The notes: generated by a model not told the origin, from the letters alone. Positions 8,630-17,666 are shown, numbered from the stretch's first letter. The stretch is 32,000 bases of DNA from Desulfotalea psychrophila LSv54 (GCF_000025945.1 NC_006138.1:1380001-1412000), one strand, 5' to 3'. Translations and numbers: made by a program.

Positions 8630-9223
8630 CTACTGGGCCGGTTGCACTGTCTCTTCTGTCTTGAGGTATTCAACAAATTCTGAGACCTTGCCGCCATTGC
8701 TTGATTGGGCCTCAGGGTTTACCCGGAGAAGTTCTTCGAAACTGGCGATGGCTTGCTGTCGTTGGTTGAGGTCGTAAAGGAGAACAATGCCCCTGTTGAA
8801 GAGGGCGGTCTCGTGTTTGGGGTTGATGGCTATGGCCTTGTTAAAAGAGTCGATGGCCTTTTGCGCTTGTTCGTTGCGGCGATACATGACTCCCAGGTCT
8901 GTCCACAGGGCAGCGTCGTTTGGTTTGAGAAGGATTGATTTTTTATAGGCAGCAATAGCCTTCTTATGCTGGTTGGAGTCAAAGTACATATGGCTGAGCT
9001 GAATCCATGAGTCCAGATCCTCGGGCTTGTCCTTGACAAGTTCCTCAAGTTTGTGGAGTTGCTCGTGGTTAATGGCCGGGATTTTTGCTGTGGAGGGTAT
9101 TTGCTTATTTGAGAGTTGTGGCTGAAGTTTGTATACGCTAATGCCTACGCCGGAGATAAATCCACAGATGAAGATGAATGCCCAAACGAGATAGTGGTTG
9201 GGTGAATTCTTGGTTGTTTTCAT
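8630..9223 (-). CDS. Membrane-anchored TPR-repeat protein
   Basis: 197 aa with one N-terminal TM helix (YLVWAFIFICGFISGVGISVY). About three TPR units follow (AIAAYKKSILLKPNDAALWTDLGVMY..., AIDSFNKAIAINPKHETALFNRG..., AIASFEELLRVNPE). Confidence 0.7.
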   Translation of the reverse strand: MKTTKNSPNHYLVWAFIFICGFISGVGISVYKLQPQLSNKQIPSTAKIPAINHEQLHKLEELVKDKPEDLDSWIQLSHMYFDSNQHKKAIAAYKKSILLKPNDAALWTDLGVMYRRNEQAQKAIDSFNKAIAINPKHETALFNRGIVLLYDLNQRQQAIASFEELLRVNPEAQSSNGGKVSEFVEYLKTEETVQPAQ

Positions 9224-9479
9224 GGTATTTTTTTTGGATAATGTTGATGTTTTTATCTAAGTGAATATTCCTAGTATGCTGTACAGTAGATAAAAGTATA
9301 GCTGATTGTGCTTTTTGTCCAGTATGAAGAAATTGCTCTGTAGGCTTTCTGCGGGGGAAGGGGTCCTGCTGTTTCTGCGGATGCCTTTTACGTTGACCTA
9401 GGATTTGATATCAGGTATTTACTGTCCGAAAAAAAATCAACGGGGAGGCAAGGCTGTTATGGATTTATTTGTTGGGCAT

Positions 9480-9518
9480 AAAAAAAGGGATAACAAACGA
9501 AGCTTGTTATCCCTTTTT
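9480..9518 (-). terminator. Rho-independent terminator downstream of tRNA-Cys (hairpin flanked by A-run and T-run, potentially bidirectional)
   Basis: A 10-bp perfect stem GGGATAACAA / TTGTTATCCC (9487-9496 / 9504-9513) has a 7-nt loop. It is flanked by A7 on one side and T5 on the other, so the minus-strand reading gives a hairpin followed by TTTTTTT. Confidence 0.8.
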
Positions 9519-9525
9519 CAATTAC

Positions 9526-9600
9526 TGGAGGCGACGAGCGGATTTGAACCGCTGAATCATGGTTTTGCAGACCAGTGCCTTACCACTTGGCCACGTCGCC
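9526..9600 (-). tRNA. tRNA-Cys(GCA): tRNA-Cys (anticodon GCA), CCA encoded
   Basis: The minus-strand sequence is GGCGACGTGGCCAAGTGGTAAGGCACTGGTCTGCAAAACCATGATTCAGCGGTTCAAATCCGCTCGTCGCCTCCA. The acceptor stem is GGCGACG/CGTCGCC. The T-arm is AGCGG-TTCAAAT-CCGCT. The anticodon loop is CTGCAAA. Confidence 0.92.
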
Positions 9601-9614
9601 CCGTTGTGCAGACT

Positions 9615-9642
9615 TTTATACCATAGATTTTAATTAAGACAA
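9615..9642 (-). promoter_or_regulatory. Putative sigma70-type promoter for tRNA-Cys
   Basis: On the minus strand, TTGTCT (9637-9642) is followed by a 16-nt spacer and TATAAA (9615-9620). This places the -10 element about 14 nt upstream of the tRNA 5' end. Confidence 0.35.
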
Positions 9643-9656
9643 GGGGAAAATTTAAC

Positions 9657-10382
9657 ATGGGAATAGATGTAAAGGAACTTATCCGGCGAAATAGGCAAAA
9701 GCACGCTGAATTTGAGAAAAAAATAAATTATAAATTTATCGATCTGCGTTTGTTACAGAAAGCATTAATTCATTCGTCCTATGCATTTGAACAGGCTCAG
9801 GCTGGTAAAAACAATGAAAGATTGGAATTTGTCGGGGATGCGGTCCTCGATTTGGTGGTGGGCAATGCCCTCTATCGGCGCTTTCCTGAGATGCGGGAGG
9901 GAGAGCTTACCCGTTTGCGGGCAGCCTTGGTTAATGAAGGGCATCTTGCCACTATGGCCAGGAAGATTAATCTGGGCTATTTTTTATGCCTTGGTAAGGG
10001 TGAGGATAACTCCAAGGGGCGCGAGAAGTCTTCCATTCTCTCCTGTGCCTACGAGGCAGTGATCGGAGCTATCTTTCAGGACGGTGGTTATGATGCGGTG
10101 GCAGCGCTAGTGGAGAGATTTTTCTTGCCCGTGATTGATCGGCGTAAGGAGGATCTGCTTCTGGCCGATGCCAAAAGTCGTCTGCAGGAGATTCTGCAGG
10201 AGAAGCATAACGAGGGGCCGTCCTATAGACTTGATAATGAAGAGGGTCCGTCCCATAAAAAACGCTTTACCATCTCGGTGCTTTTTCGAGACGAGGTGTT
10301 GGGTACCGGCGAGGCGGGGTCGAAAAAAGAGGCGGAGCAACGTGGGGCAGCTCTGGCCATAAAAAAAATAGAGAGCATGTAA
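9657..10382 (+). CDS. rnc: Ribonuclease III
   Basis: 241 aa. The RNase III signature NERLEFVGDAVLDLVV is present, and the C-terminal dsRBD reads GPSHKKRFTISV...GEAGSKKEAEQRGAALAI. Confidence 0.92.
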   Translation: MGIDVKELIRRNRQKHAEFEKKINYKFIDLRLLQKALIHSSYAFEQAQAGKNNERLEFVGDAVLDLVVGNALYRRFPEMREGELTRLRAALVNEGHLATMARKINLGYFLCLGKGEDNSKGREKSSILSCAYEAVIGAIFQDGGYDAVAALVERFFLPVIDRRKEDLLLADAKSRLQEILQEKHNEGPSYRLDNEEGPSHKKRFTISVLFRDEVLGTGEAGSKKEAEQRGAALAIKKIESM

Positions 10383-11405
10383 ATGGGTCTTGTCATACCG
10401 CTGTTTATTCCTCACCGTGGTTGTCCTCATCAGTGTCTCTTTTGCAATCAGGAATCCATTACGGGCTGTGCGGAGCCTAAGGCAGATTATGGTGAAGAGG
10501 CTATTGCCACCATTGAGGAGTGGTTGGCTCGGGAGTCCTTACATGGTGAGCTACGGGAAAGGGAGGTGGCCTTTTACGGGGGCTCTTTTACCTGCCTGCC
10601 GGAAGAGGAACAGGCACGTCTGCTTGCTCTTGTTCAACCCTATATAGATAGGGGATTGGTGGACGGTATTCGTCTCTCCACCAGACCGGACTGTATATCC
10701 AAGGATATTGCCGAGTTTCTTGTTGCCCATCGGGTAAAAAAGGTGGAACTTGGGGTGCAGTCCATGGACGATGGGGTTCTGCGGGCGGCAAAACGTGGCC
10801 ACAGTGCCCTGGACTGCAGGAGGGCAATTGCTATTCTGCAGGCTGCTGGCCTGCAGGTGGGGGTGCAGCTGATGGCAGGCCTGCCCCGGGAGACAACGGC
10901 CATTTTTTTGCGGGGGCTGGATGAGATTATCGGTCTTCGTCCGGACTTTGTTCGTCTCTATCCCGTGGTGGTGGTTCGTCATTCAGAGCTTGAAGACTTG
11001 TATCTTAAGGGGCGTTACCAACCCATCTCTTTGGCAAAAGCGGTTGCCTTTGGTCACCTTTTTCGTGTACGTATGGATCGTGCTGATATTCCTATTATTC
11101 GTATGGGTTTGCAGCCCTCAAAGGATTTGGAGCAAATGTTGGTGGCAGGGCCCTATCATCCAGCTTTTGGTGAGTTGGTAGGCTCTCGGCTGTGGCTCAA
11201 GGAAATTCGCCACAGATTGAGGGACTTGCAGGAGGGAGAGAACCTGCTCATGACGATTTCTCATAGAGATCTGTCCGTGGCTCAGGGGATGAAAAAATAT
11301 AATATAAGGCGTATCCAGGCCCTGGGCTATGGGGATCGTTTTTCTATTCAACTTGATGTGCAGATGACCCGTGGAACTAGGAAATTTTCAGTAGAAAAAG
11401 GCTAG
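10383..11405 (+). CDS. Radical SAM protein (ELP3-like radical SAM core family), function unknown
   Basis: 340 aa. The N-terminal IPLFIPHRGCPHQCLFCNQ carries a CX3CX2C cluster motif. The ATG abuts the rnc TAA (10380-10382 / 10383). Confidence 0.75.
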   Translation: MGLVIPLFIPHRGCPHQCLFCNQESITGCAEPKADYGEEAIATIEEWLARESLHGELREREVAFYGGSFTCLPEEEQARLLALVQPYIDRGLVDGIRLSTRPDCISKDIAEFLVAHRVKKVELGVQSMDDGVLRAAKRGHSALDCRRAIAILQAAGLQVGVQLMAGLPRETTAIFLRGLDEIIGLRPDFVRLYPVVVVRHSELEDLYLKGRYQPISLAKAVAFGHLFRVRMDRADIPIIRMGLQPSKDLEQMLVAGPYHPAFGELVGSRLWLKEIRHRLRDLQEGENLLMTISHRDLSVAQGMKKYNIRRIQALGYGDRFSIQLDVQMTRGTRKFSVEKG

Positions 11406-11458
11406 TGTATATCGGTTTTTGAATATATCAGAAAAATTGTTTGTGGAGGTCTTTAGAC

Positions 11459-13450
11459 GTGTTGTCTGTAAATCGTCTTGATATACGTTACGGTGAGAAG
11501 CATCTTTTTAAAAATGTTTCAGTGCAGGTAAATCGTGGCAATCGCATAGCCCTGGTTGGGGTTAATGGCGCAGGGAAAACAACCCTGTTAAAAATTATGG
11601 CCGGGGTAAGTGCCACCGATGATGGAGTGGTTACCTGTTCAAAACAGTTCACCGTGGGCTATCTACCTCAGGAGTCAGAGCCATCAACGTCTGCCATAAG
11701 TCTTTATGAAGAGGCGAAAAAGGCCTTTGCTCCGATTATTGCCCTGCAGGAAGAGGTGGATGTGCTTCATCAGACTATCTCTTGCTGTGATGCCCAGGAT
11801 CCCACCCTTGAAAAACTTCTGCAGCGTCAGGGAGAGTTGCAACATCGGCTGGATGGCAGCGCTATCTATTCCATGCGGGCCAAAATTGAAAAGGTTCTGG
11901 ATGGTTTAGGCTTTACCTCTGAGGATATGGAGAAGGAATTACACTCATTTTCCGGTGGCTGGCAGATGCGTTTGCGTCTTGCTAAAATGCTCCTTGAAGC
12001 ACCCTCAGTCCTTCTGCTTGATGAGCCCACTAACCATCTTGATCTTGAAACTCTGAGATGGTTGGAGCAGTTTCTTATCTCCTACGATGGGGCTATGGTG
12101 GTAATTTCCCATGATCGCTCCTTTCTCGATAAAGCGACCACCATGACCTGGGAGGTGAGTCTTGGTAATGTCAATATCTTCAAGGGCAACTACAGCTACT
12201 ATGTCAAGGAGAAGCAGGAACGGCTGGCGGTGGAGCGCGGTGCCTATGAAAACCAGCAGGCAAAGATTCGCCAGACCATGCTTTTTGTAGATCGCTTTCG
12301 TTCAAAGGCGACCAAGGCCAAGCAGGTGCAGAGCCGGGTCAAGCAGCTGGAGAAGATGGAAATGGTTGAGCTCTCTGCCGAGGATCAGCAGATTCATTTC
12401 TCCTTTCCGCCGGCACCGCCTTCGGGACGGGATATGCTCTCGGTGAAGGGGCTAAGCAAGAGCTATCGGGGAAAAACTGTCTTTAAAGATGCAGAATTTG
12501 AGCTGCAACGTGGTGATAAGGTGGCCGTGGTTGGAGTTAATGGTGCCGGTAAGTCCACTTTGCTGAAGATTCTAGCCGGTGAGATAGAGGCCGATGCAGG
12601 CCAGAAAAAATTTGGTTCCGGGGTGGTTAAAACCTATTTTGGCCAGCACCAGGCCCAGGAGCTCTCACCGCAGTTATCCGCTCTGGATACCATGGCTCTC
12701 AGTGGTGAGGCCCTGAGCATTACCCGTCAGCGTTCCCTCCTCGGTGCCTTTTTGTTTCGTGGCGACGAGGTGGATAAGAAGGTTGCCGTTCTCTCCGGTG
12801 GTGAAAAGAGTCGCTTGGCTCTGGCTAAGATGATCGCCATTCCCGCTAACTGTATGCTCCTTGATGAGCCTACTAACCATTTGGATATGAACTCCCAGGA
12901 TATTCTCCAGGAGGCCATGGGGCAGTACGATGGCACTATTATCGTTGTCTCTCATAATCGTTATTTTCTCGATACTTTTGTCAATAAGGTCTTTGAGGTA
13001 AAGGATGGTAAGATAAATGTCTATGGCGGTAATGTGACGGAATATCTGCAAAAGGTAGAGGCCATTGCCGAAGAGGGCAAACGGCAGGAACAGGATGCTA
13101 CGAGGCAGGAGTCTGTCCAGGAGCCTGGTGAGGGTTCGGGGCAGAATCGCAAGGAACGGAAAAAGCAGGAGGCGCAGAGGCGTCAGGAACGCAGTAAGCT
13201 CTTGGGTTCATGGCTGAAGGTTGCCGAAGAGTCTGAAAAGCAGGTGGAAAATATCGAGGAAGAGAAAGAAGCGCTTGAGGTCACCATGGCCGATCCCGCC
13301 CTCTATTCCGATGAGGATGCCTGGTCGGCGGTCAGTGCCGATTACGAGGCGTGTAAGACCCGGCTTGAACGAGCCTATGCCAGCTGGGAAGAGGCACAGG
13401 GGAAAATAGAAGAGGGCGAGGCAAAACTTGCCCTTAAGTACGGAGAATAG
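11459..13450 (+). CDS. ABC-F family ATPase (two ABC domains, no TM domain; translation-factor-like)
   Basis: There are two Walker A motifs (GVNGAGKTTLLK, GVNGAGKSTLLK) and two signature motifs (FSGGWQMRLRLA, LSGGEKSRLALA). The C-terminal tail is charged and coiled-coil-like. I prefer the GTG at 11459, which has GGAGG 9 nt upstream. The track start TTG 11441 is also possible. Confidence 0.85.
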   Translation: MLSVNRLDIRYGEKHLFKNVSVQVNRGNRIALVGVNGAGKTTLLKIMAGVSATDDGVVTCSKQFTVGYLPQESEPSTSAISLYEEAKKAFAPIIALQEEVDVLHQTISCCDAQDPTLEKLLQRQGELQHRLDGSAIYSMRAKIEKVLDGLGFTSEDMEKELHSFSGGWQMRLRLAKMLLEAPSVLLLDEPTNHLDLETLRWLEQFLISYDGAMVVISHDRSFLDKATTMTWEVSLGNVNIFKGNYSYYVKEKQERLAVERGAYENQQAKIRQTMLFVDRFRSKATKAKQVQSRVKQLEKMEMVELSAEDQQIHFSFPPAPPSGRDMLSVKGLSKSYRGKTVFKDAEFELQRGDKVAVVGVNGAGKSTLLKILAGEIEADAGQKKFGSGVVKTYFGQHQAQELSPQLSALDTMALSGEALSITRQRSLLGAFLFRGDEVDKKVAVLSGGEKSRLALAKMIAIPANCMLLDEPTNHLDMNSQDILQEAMGQYDGTIIVVSHNRYFLDTFVNKVFEVKDGKINVYGGNVTEYLQKVEAIAEEGKRQEQDATRQESVQEPGEGSGQNRKERKKQEAQRRQERSKLLGSWLKVAEESEKQVENIEEEKEALEVTMADPALYSDEDAWSAVSADYEACKTRLERAYASWEEAQGKIEEGEAKLALKYGE

Positions 13451-13452
13451 GG

Positions 13453-13887
13453 ATGAGGATAGAGAAGATTGCCTATAAGGAGGAGCGTGGTCAGCCCATG
13501 CTTGAGGTGGCTACCTCTCAGATCAGTCTCGAGGCGGGGCTTGCAGGAGATATCTCAGGCAAGCCGGGCACGCGTCAGATCACCCTCCTCAGTGCTGATG
13601 TCTGGCAGGAGGTCTGTGCTGAATTGTCTGAGCAGGTACCCTGGACTGTACGTCGGGCTAACCTTCTTGTCGCTGGGGTGAGGTTTAAGCAGAGCGATGT
13701 GGGACGTATTCTGCATATAGGTGATGTACAGATAGAGATAACCCGCGAGACCGTCCCCTGTAAGTTAATGGATGCTCAGGTTTCAGGTTTGTTGGCTGCC
13801 CTGAATAAGGAGTGGCGTGGCGGTGTTTGTGGGCGAGTTGTAGCAGGTGGTAATATAGAGGTAGGTGACAACGCCCACTGGGCGTAG
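13453..13887 (+). CDS. MOSC domain-containing protein
   Basis: 144 aa. It has GDISGKPGTRQITLLS...RANLLVAGV...IGDVQIEITRETVPCKLMD, including the conserved MOSC cysteine. The start is 2 nt after the ABC-F stop. Confidence 0.7.
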   Translation: MRIEKIAYKEERGQPMLEVATSQISLEAGLAGDISGKPGTRQITLLSADVWQEVCAELSEQVPWTVRRANLLVAGVRFKQSDVGRILHIGDVQIEITRETVPCKLMDAQVSGLLAALNKEWRGGVCGRVVAGGNIEVGDNAHWA

Positions 13888-13896
13888 GAGAGGTTG

Positions 13897-14763
13897 ATGG
13901 GACGTGTTTTAGGGACCAAAAAGTTGTTGGGCTGGCTCGCTGTTTTTTGTTCAACGTTTTTTTTCTATTTTGCAACGGTGGTTATTCGGCTGGCAGAAGG
14001 TGAGGTGGATATTGATGTCTCCTATTTTGCCTTCTTTCGCTTTATTTTAGGTTTCATTGTTGTCAGTATTATTATGCTTATAAGCAGGCAGCCGGTGCGT
14101 CCTCGCAGATACCATTTCTTGTTGGGGCGGATGTTGGCAAATACTGCTGCTGTATACTGTTTTTATAAGGCAGCGTCCCTTGGGTCGGTGGCAGAGGCCA
14201 ATATTCTCAATATGACCTACCCCCTCTTTGTGGCCTGTGCCTCATGGTTTCTCTTTAAATCGCAGAGAGATTGGGTGGTGGCGGCTTTGGTTGCCCTTGC
14301 CTTTGTGGGGGTCTGGTTGGTTCTTAACCCGGGTGGTGATTTTTCTGTGAACGGGCAGAGCATCTGGGGTCTTGCCTCTGGTATGCTTGCCGCCGCGGCA
14401 ATTATTTATCTTAATCTCTGTCGCATAGATCACGACTCCAATACCATTCTTTTTGTTCTGTTTGGTTTGGGCTCTATAGTTATGTATACGTTTTTCCATA
14501 ACTATATATTTTGGCCAAATGGTAAGGAGTTCTACTACTTGATGCTCTGTGGTGCTCCTGGCGTTATTGGACAGTATTTGATTACCTTTGGCTTTCGTTT
14601 TGTGACGGCTGTTGAGGGATCGGTTATCTCCTCGTCAAGGATTATGCTTGCAGCCCTGTTGGGGCCAATTATCATTGGTGAGCCGTCCCTGGCCCTATTG
14701 GGATGGTGTGGCGGTTTCTGTATCTTTGTTGCTAATGTGGGCTTGGCTATGCGTAAAAAATAG
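13897..14763 (+). CDS. DMT-superfamily (EamA-like) transporter
   Basis: About 10 TM segments with a two-EamA-repeat architecture. GGAGAGG lies upstream. I prefer ATG 13897 over TTG 13894. Confidence 0.7.
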   Translation: MGRVLGTKKLLGWLAVFCSTFFFYFATVVIRLAEGEVDIDVSYFAFFRFILGFIVVSIIMLISRQPVRPRRYHFLLGRMLANTAAVYCFYKAASLGSVAEANILNMTYPLFVACASWFLFKSQRDWVVAALVALAFVGVWLVLNPGGDFSVNGQSIWGLASGMLAAAAIIYLNLCRIDHDSNTILFVLFGLGSIVMYTFFHNYIFWPNGKEFYYLMLCGAPGVIGQYLITFGFRFVTAVEGSVISSSRIMLAALLGPIIIGEPSLALLGWCGGFCIFVANVGLAMRKK

Positions 14764-14768
14764 TCAAT

Positions 14769-14807
14769 CAGGACGGGCCTCGGCTATTTACGGCTGAGGT
14801 CGTCCTG
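14769..14807. terminator. Long imperfect hairpin between convergent EamA and Nudix genes (possible bidirectional terminator)
   Basis: CAGGACGGGCCTCGGC (14769-14784) pairs with GCTGAGGTCGTCCTG (14793-14807). The stem is about 15 bp with one bulge and an 8-nt loop. No canonical T-run follows directly. Confidence 0.35.
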
Positions 14808-15191
14808 CCATTGGCGTAGACATTTTTGAATACTGCCCAACTCGATAAGTTCATGGGCCCTGTTTAGGGAGACCAGCTTGCGTATGCGTTGGTGCTGTTC
14901 GGGCCATTTCTTGAGAATTTCAGTCACCTCCATGGGGAAAAACTGTATTTTGTATTTGGTTCCATGATGTTGATATTTTATCAGATATGATTTTTTCCCC
15001 TCTATGCATCCGATAATACCCGCCTCCTCAAAGGCCTCCTGAGCAGCTGATTCGATGCAGCTCTTCTTTTTTACCAGATGTCCCTTGGGCAGGATCCAAT
15101 AGCCATTGGTACGACTGGTAATCAAAAAGATCTTTAAAGACTTCTTTGTCTTGATGTACGGAATTACTCCATATTGATTTTTGCTGTTCAT
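14784..15191 (-). CDS. Nudix hydrolase, DIPP/Ddp1-like (candidate polyphosphate / dinucleoside-polyphosphate hydrolase)
   Basis: 135 aa. The Nudix box is GHLVKKKSCIESAAQEAFEEAGIIG. WILPKG and VTEILKKWPE...RIRKLVSLNRAHELI resemble human NUDT3/DIPP1 as I recall it (WIVPGGG..., VTEVLEDWED...RKREWFKIEDAIKVL). Confidence 0.7.
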   Translation of the reverse strand: MNSKNQYGVIPYIKTKKSLKIFLITSRTNGYWILPKGHLVKKKSCIESAAQEAFEEAGIIGCIEGKKSYLIKYQHHGTKYKIQFFPMEVTEILKKWPEQHQRIRKLVSLNRAHELIELGSIQKCLRQWQDDLSRK

Positions 15192-15255
15192 GGCAAATTT
15201 TGTTGGTTGTTCTGGGAATAATTTCTCGCTATATAATTCCTGTTCAGTCAGAGAC

Positions 15256-15996
15256 TTACAGTCTCTTGAGGATGTCTTTCCATACCTCGTTGTAGGCCTG
15301 GGCCACTGAGTTGGACTTGGCGTAGGTCAGAACAGGGGCCCGATGGATACCCATCCGTTCGATATCTGTGCAGGAGGGAATGTCGCTTACCAGAAAATCA
15401 GGATACTGTTGGCGTAGTCTCTTCATGCTCTCCTTATGCAACTTTTTCTGGCGTTGAACCATGGAGAAAAGGGGCACTATTTTTTCTTTTTTGAATCCCT
15501 TTTCCTCAAAAAACTCGTAGAGTTGGCCAAGGGTTCGCTCTGATAGGGTGGTGGGGATCACAGGTATAATTATTTTGTCTGCAACCTTGAATACATTCTC
15601 GGAGAGACGAGAGATATTTGGTGGGCAGTCAAGGATGACAATGTCATACTCACTGTCCACGGCCTTCAGGGTCTGTTTGAGACGGGAGCGGCTCTTTTTC
15701 ATGTTTGCTAGAAAAATATCAAAATCCCGGTAACTCATATTGGCGGGCAGGAGATCAAGGTTGTCGAAGTCGCTGGCTCGAATTGCCTCGGAAAAGCGAT
15801 CAACATTGGTGAAGAAGGCTTGTTCTCTCAGCTCTTTTGAGGGCTTGATCCGAAAATAAAATCCAGAGGCACCCTGGGGGTCAAGATCACAGAGAAGGGT
15901 CCTTTTGCCGCTTTTGGCGCAGGCATAGGCGAGATTAACCGAGGTGGCTGTTTTGCCAACACCACCCTTATTGCTATAACAGGCTATGATTTTCAT
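15256..15996 (-). CDS. Orphan ParA/MinD-type (deviant Walker A) ATPase
   Basis: MKIIACYSNKGGVGKTATSVNLA carries the KGGxxGKT deviant Walker A. CDLDPQG and IVILDCPP are also present. I prefer the ATG at 15994-15996, which has AAGGA 8 nt upstream. This start is 4 nt after the upstream CHAD stop; the track ORF extends to 16026. Confidence 0.85.
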   Translation of the reverse strand: MKIIACYSNKGGVGKTATSVNLAYACAKSGKRTLLCDLDPQGASGFYFRIKPSKELREQAFFTNVDRFSEAIRASDFDNLDLLPANMSYRDFDIFLANMKKSRSRLKQTLKAVDSEYDIVILDCPPNISRLSENVFKVADKIIIPVIPTTLSERTLGQLYEFFEEKGFKKEKIVPLFSMVQRQKKLHKESMKRLRQQYPDFLVSDIPSCTDIERMGIHRAPVLTYAKSNSVAQAYNEVWKDILKRL

Positions 15997-16000
15997 AATA

Positions 16001-17641
16001 CTATCCTTTTGTGCTAAAAAGCTCACTGACGAGATCTGCTGTTCTGGGGCTGTTAAAGTTTTTGAAATTTTTTGTAACCAGAGCCCGTTCCTTTTGTTGG
16101 CAAAGATTGAGCATTGCTCTCAGAGCTCCGATGCCTTCGGCAAGCTTTTTCCCATCCCTTCCCTTAATATCAGCTGTTTCGAGAAATGTCCCCAGGGATA
16201 TCTGTTGGACTGAATAATCGTTAAATCGACCTAAATTGTCCTGGAGCATTTTCAGTGATTTTATAATTGACTTAACGCTGCCCTGGCTAAAAACCGGGGT
16301 GAAAAATTCCAGGAGATAACGAAGCTTTTTGCAGTGGATGCGAAGCTCATGGACGATGGCATCTGCGGTGCTGTCATCGATGCTGGCGGCGATCCTGCAC
16401 ACCTTTTTGTATCTGCTGAAAATCACCTTTTTGGCAAAAAGAGCCGATGGTATTTGAGCCTTCTCTCCCCATATCCACGAGTTGTTGGCAAAGCCATCTT
16501 GGAGGGATTTCATTCGCCTGGTATAGGCCTTGTTCTGTAGTTCCTTACAGAGAGAGCTGTGTAGTAGCTTGCGTTCCCGGGTGAAGGCGGCAAAGAGAAT
16601 TTTAAGGCCCTCATGGGTGCTTTTGGGTACAAGCTTGAAATACAGATCCTTATCAAGCAGATAGACATCTAAATCCCGCAGGCGTCCCGTTGCCTGCATA
16701 ATTTCTGAAAATTCTGTTTTGAGGTAGGCTGTGTCGGCCAGCGAGTATACTCCCTTAAAGAGGCTGATGACAGAGCGTACCTTGCGTAGACTTACCCGGT
16801 AATCATGGAGAAATTCGCTGTCGTAATCGGCTCTGATGCCAATCTCGTTTCTTCTGGCAACGGCAATGAAGGTGTTGATTATTCTGTTGCTTGTCTCCTG
16901 GATGGGGGTCTCGGCTTGCAGGGGGATTGTGGGTTTTGCCTCGTAGGCAAGGCTTGCTATCTGCAGGAGAGAATAGATGTCCTCTTCTTTTTCCTCAACC
17001 GGTGAACTCAGGGCTTCCACTAAAATTTGATGGGCCTCGTCATAACCGCGAAGGGGTTGACTGATGGCTATTTGTACTCTTCTTTTTTTTCGTCTGAGGA
17101 GGGTGCTGCCCAAGCGGGCAACGGTCTTTCCCTCATCGTCGAGCATGGTGTGTGCCTGTAGCTGTAGGGAAATTTCAGTCCGGGGTAGGAATGCCCGGAG
17201 GGGCGAGACTGTTTCCAGTGCTTCTTTTACGGGACCTGCTGGTAGCTCTGGCCAACATTGAAGTTCTATCTTGCCCCGTTGCTCTCGGCTTGCTCCTGTT
17301 TTAAGGTCAATAAGGATGATGGCCTGTTCTGTTTGTAAGAGTATTCTTCCCGTTTTACGCAACTCTTCGTCGAAGGTATCAAGAATCTTGGCCTCTTGTT
17401 TTTCGTCTATCCTGCTCTGCCAACTGTAGGTTGGCTTGAGGGCTTTTTGGATTTTTTTTATGGGTAACTCTGAACGTGCAAGGAGGATATAGGGTTTCAT
17501 GGCTTTTGTTGGTGGCCTTCGTATTAATAAAATATATTGAAGTATTTCTTCTGCTTCGCGGTTGGATCTCTTCAGGACGTCAGTTGAGTTCTTTTTCTCA
17601 AGAGATGAGGTCAGTTTTATTGATTTTTTGTGAAAAAGCAA
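16001..17641 (-). CDS. CHAD domain protein with N-terminal degenerate CYTH-like domain (polyP-granule-associated family)
   Basis: CHAD helices are present: FLHDYRVSLRKVRSVISLF, VHELRIHCKKLRYLLEFF and LQDNLGRFNDY. The N-terminal half has ILDTFDEELRKTGRILLQ and PLRGY, as in CYTH-CHAD proteins such as YgiF, but no EXEXK motif. The start is either 17641 or the internal ATG at 17500. Confidence 0.8.
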   Translation of the reverse strand: MLFHKKSIKLTSSLEKKNSTDVLKRSNREAEEILQYILLIRRPPTKAMKPYILLARSELPIKKIQKALKPTYSWQSRIDEKQEAKILDTFDEELRKTGRILLQTEQAIILIDLKTGASREQRGKIELQCWPELPAGPVKEALETVSPLRAFLPRTEISLQLQAHTMLDDEGKTVARLGSTLLRRKKRRVQIAISQPLRGYDEAHQILVEALSSPVEEKEEDIYSLLQIASLAYEAKPTIPLQAETPIQETSNRIINTFIAVARRNEIGIRADYDSEFLHDYRVSLRKVRSVISLFKGVYSLADTAYLKTEFSEIMQATGRLRDLDVYLLDKDLYFKLVPKSTHEGLKILFAAFTRERKLLHSSLCKELQNKAYTRRMKSLQDGFANNSWIWGEKAQIPSALFAKKVIFSRYKKVCRIAASIDDSTADAIVHELRIHCKKLRYLLEFFTPVFSQGSVKSIIKSLKMLQDNLGRFNDYSVQQISLGTFLETADIKGRDGKKLAEGIGALRAMLNLCQQKERALVTKNFKNFNSPRTADLVSELFSTKG

Positions 17642-17666
17642 AGGCTTTTTGGCTTCAAAGTATTTT

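Noticed and set aside
9405-9626. A 73-aa plus-strand ORF.
   Set aside because: It lies entirely antisense to tRNA-Cys and its terminator hairpin, so it is spurious.
9224-9656. tRNA-Cys as a possible integration hot-spot for a genomic island.
   Set aside because: There is no integrase, no phage or IS gene, and no visible direct repeat of the tRNA 3' end nearby. The flanking genes are housekeeping genes (rnc, TPR, met/cys). The proximity of tRNA-Cys to cysE/cysK looks coincidental.
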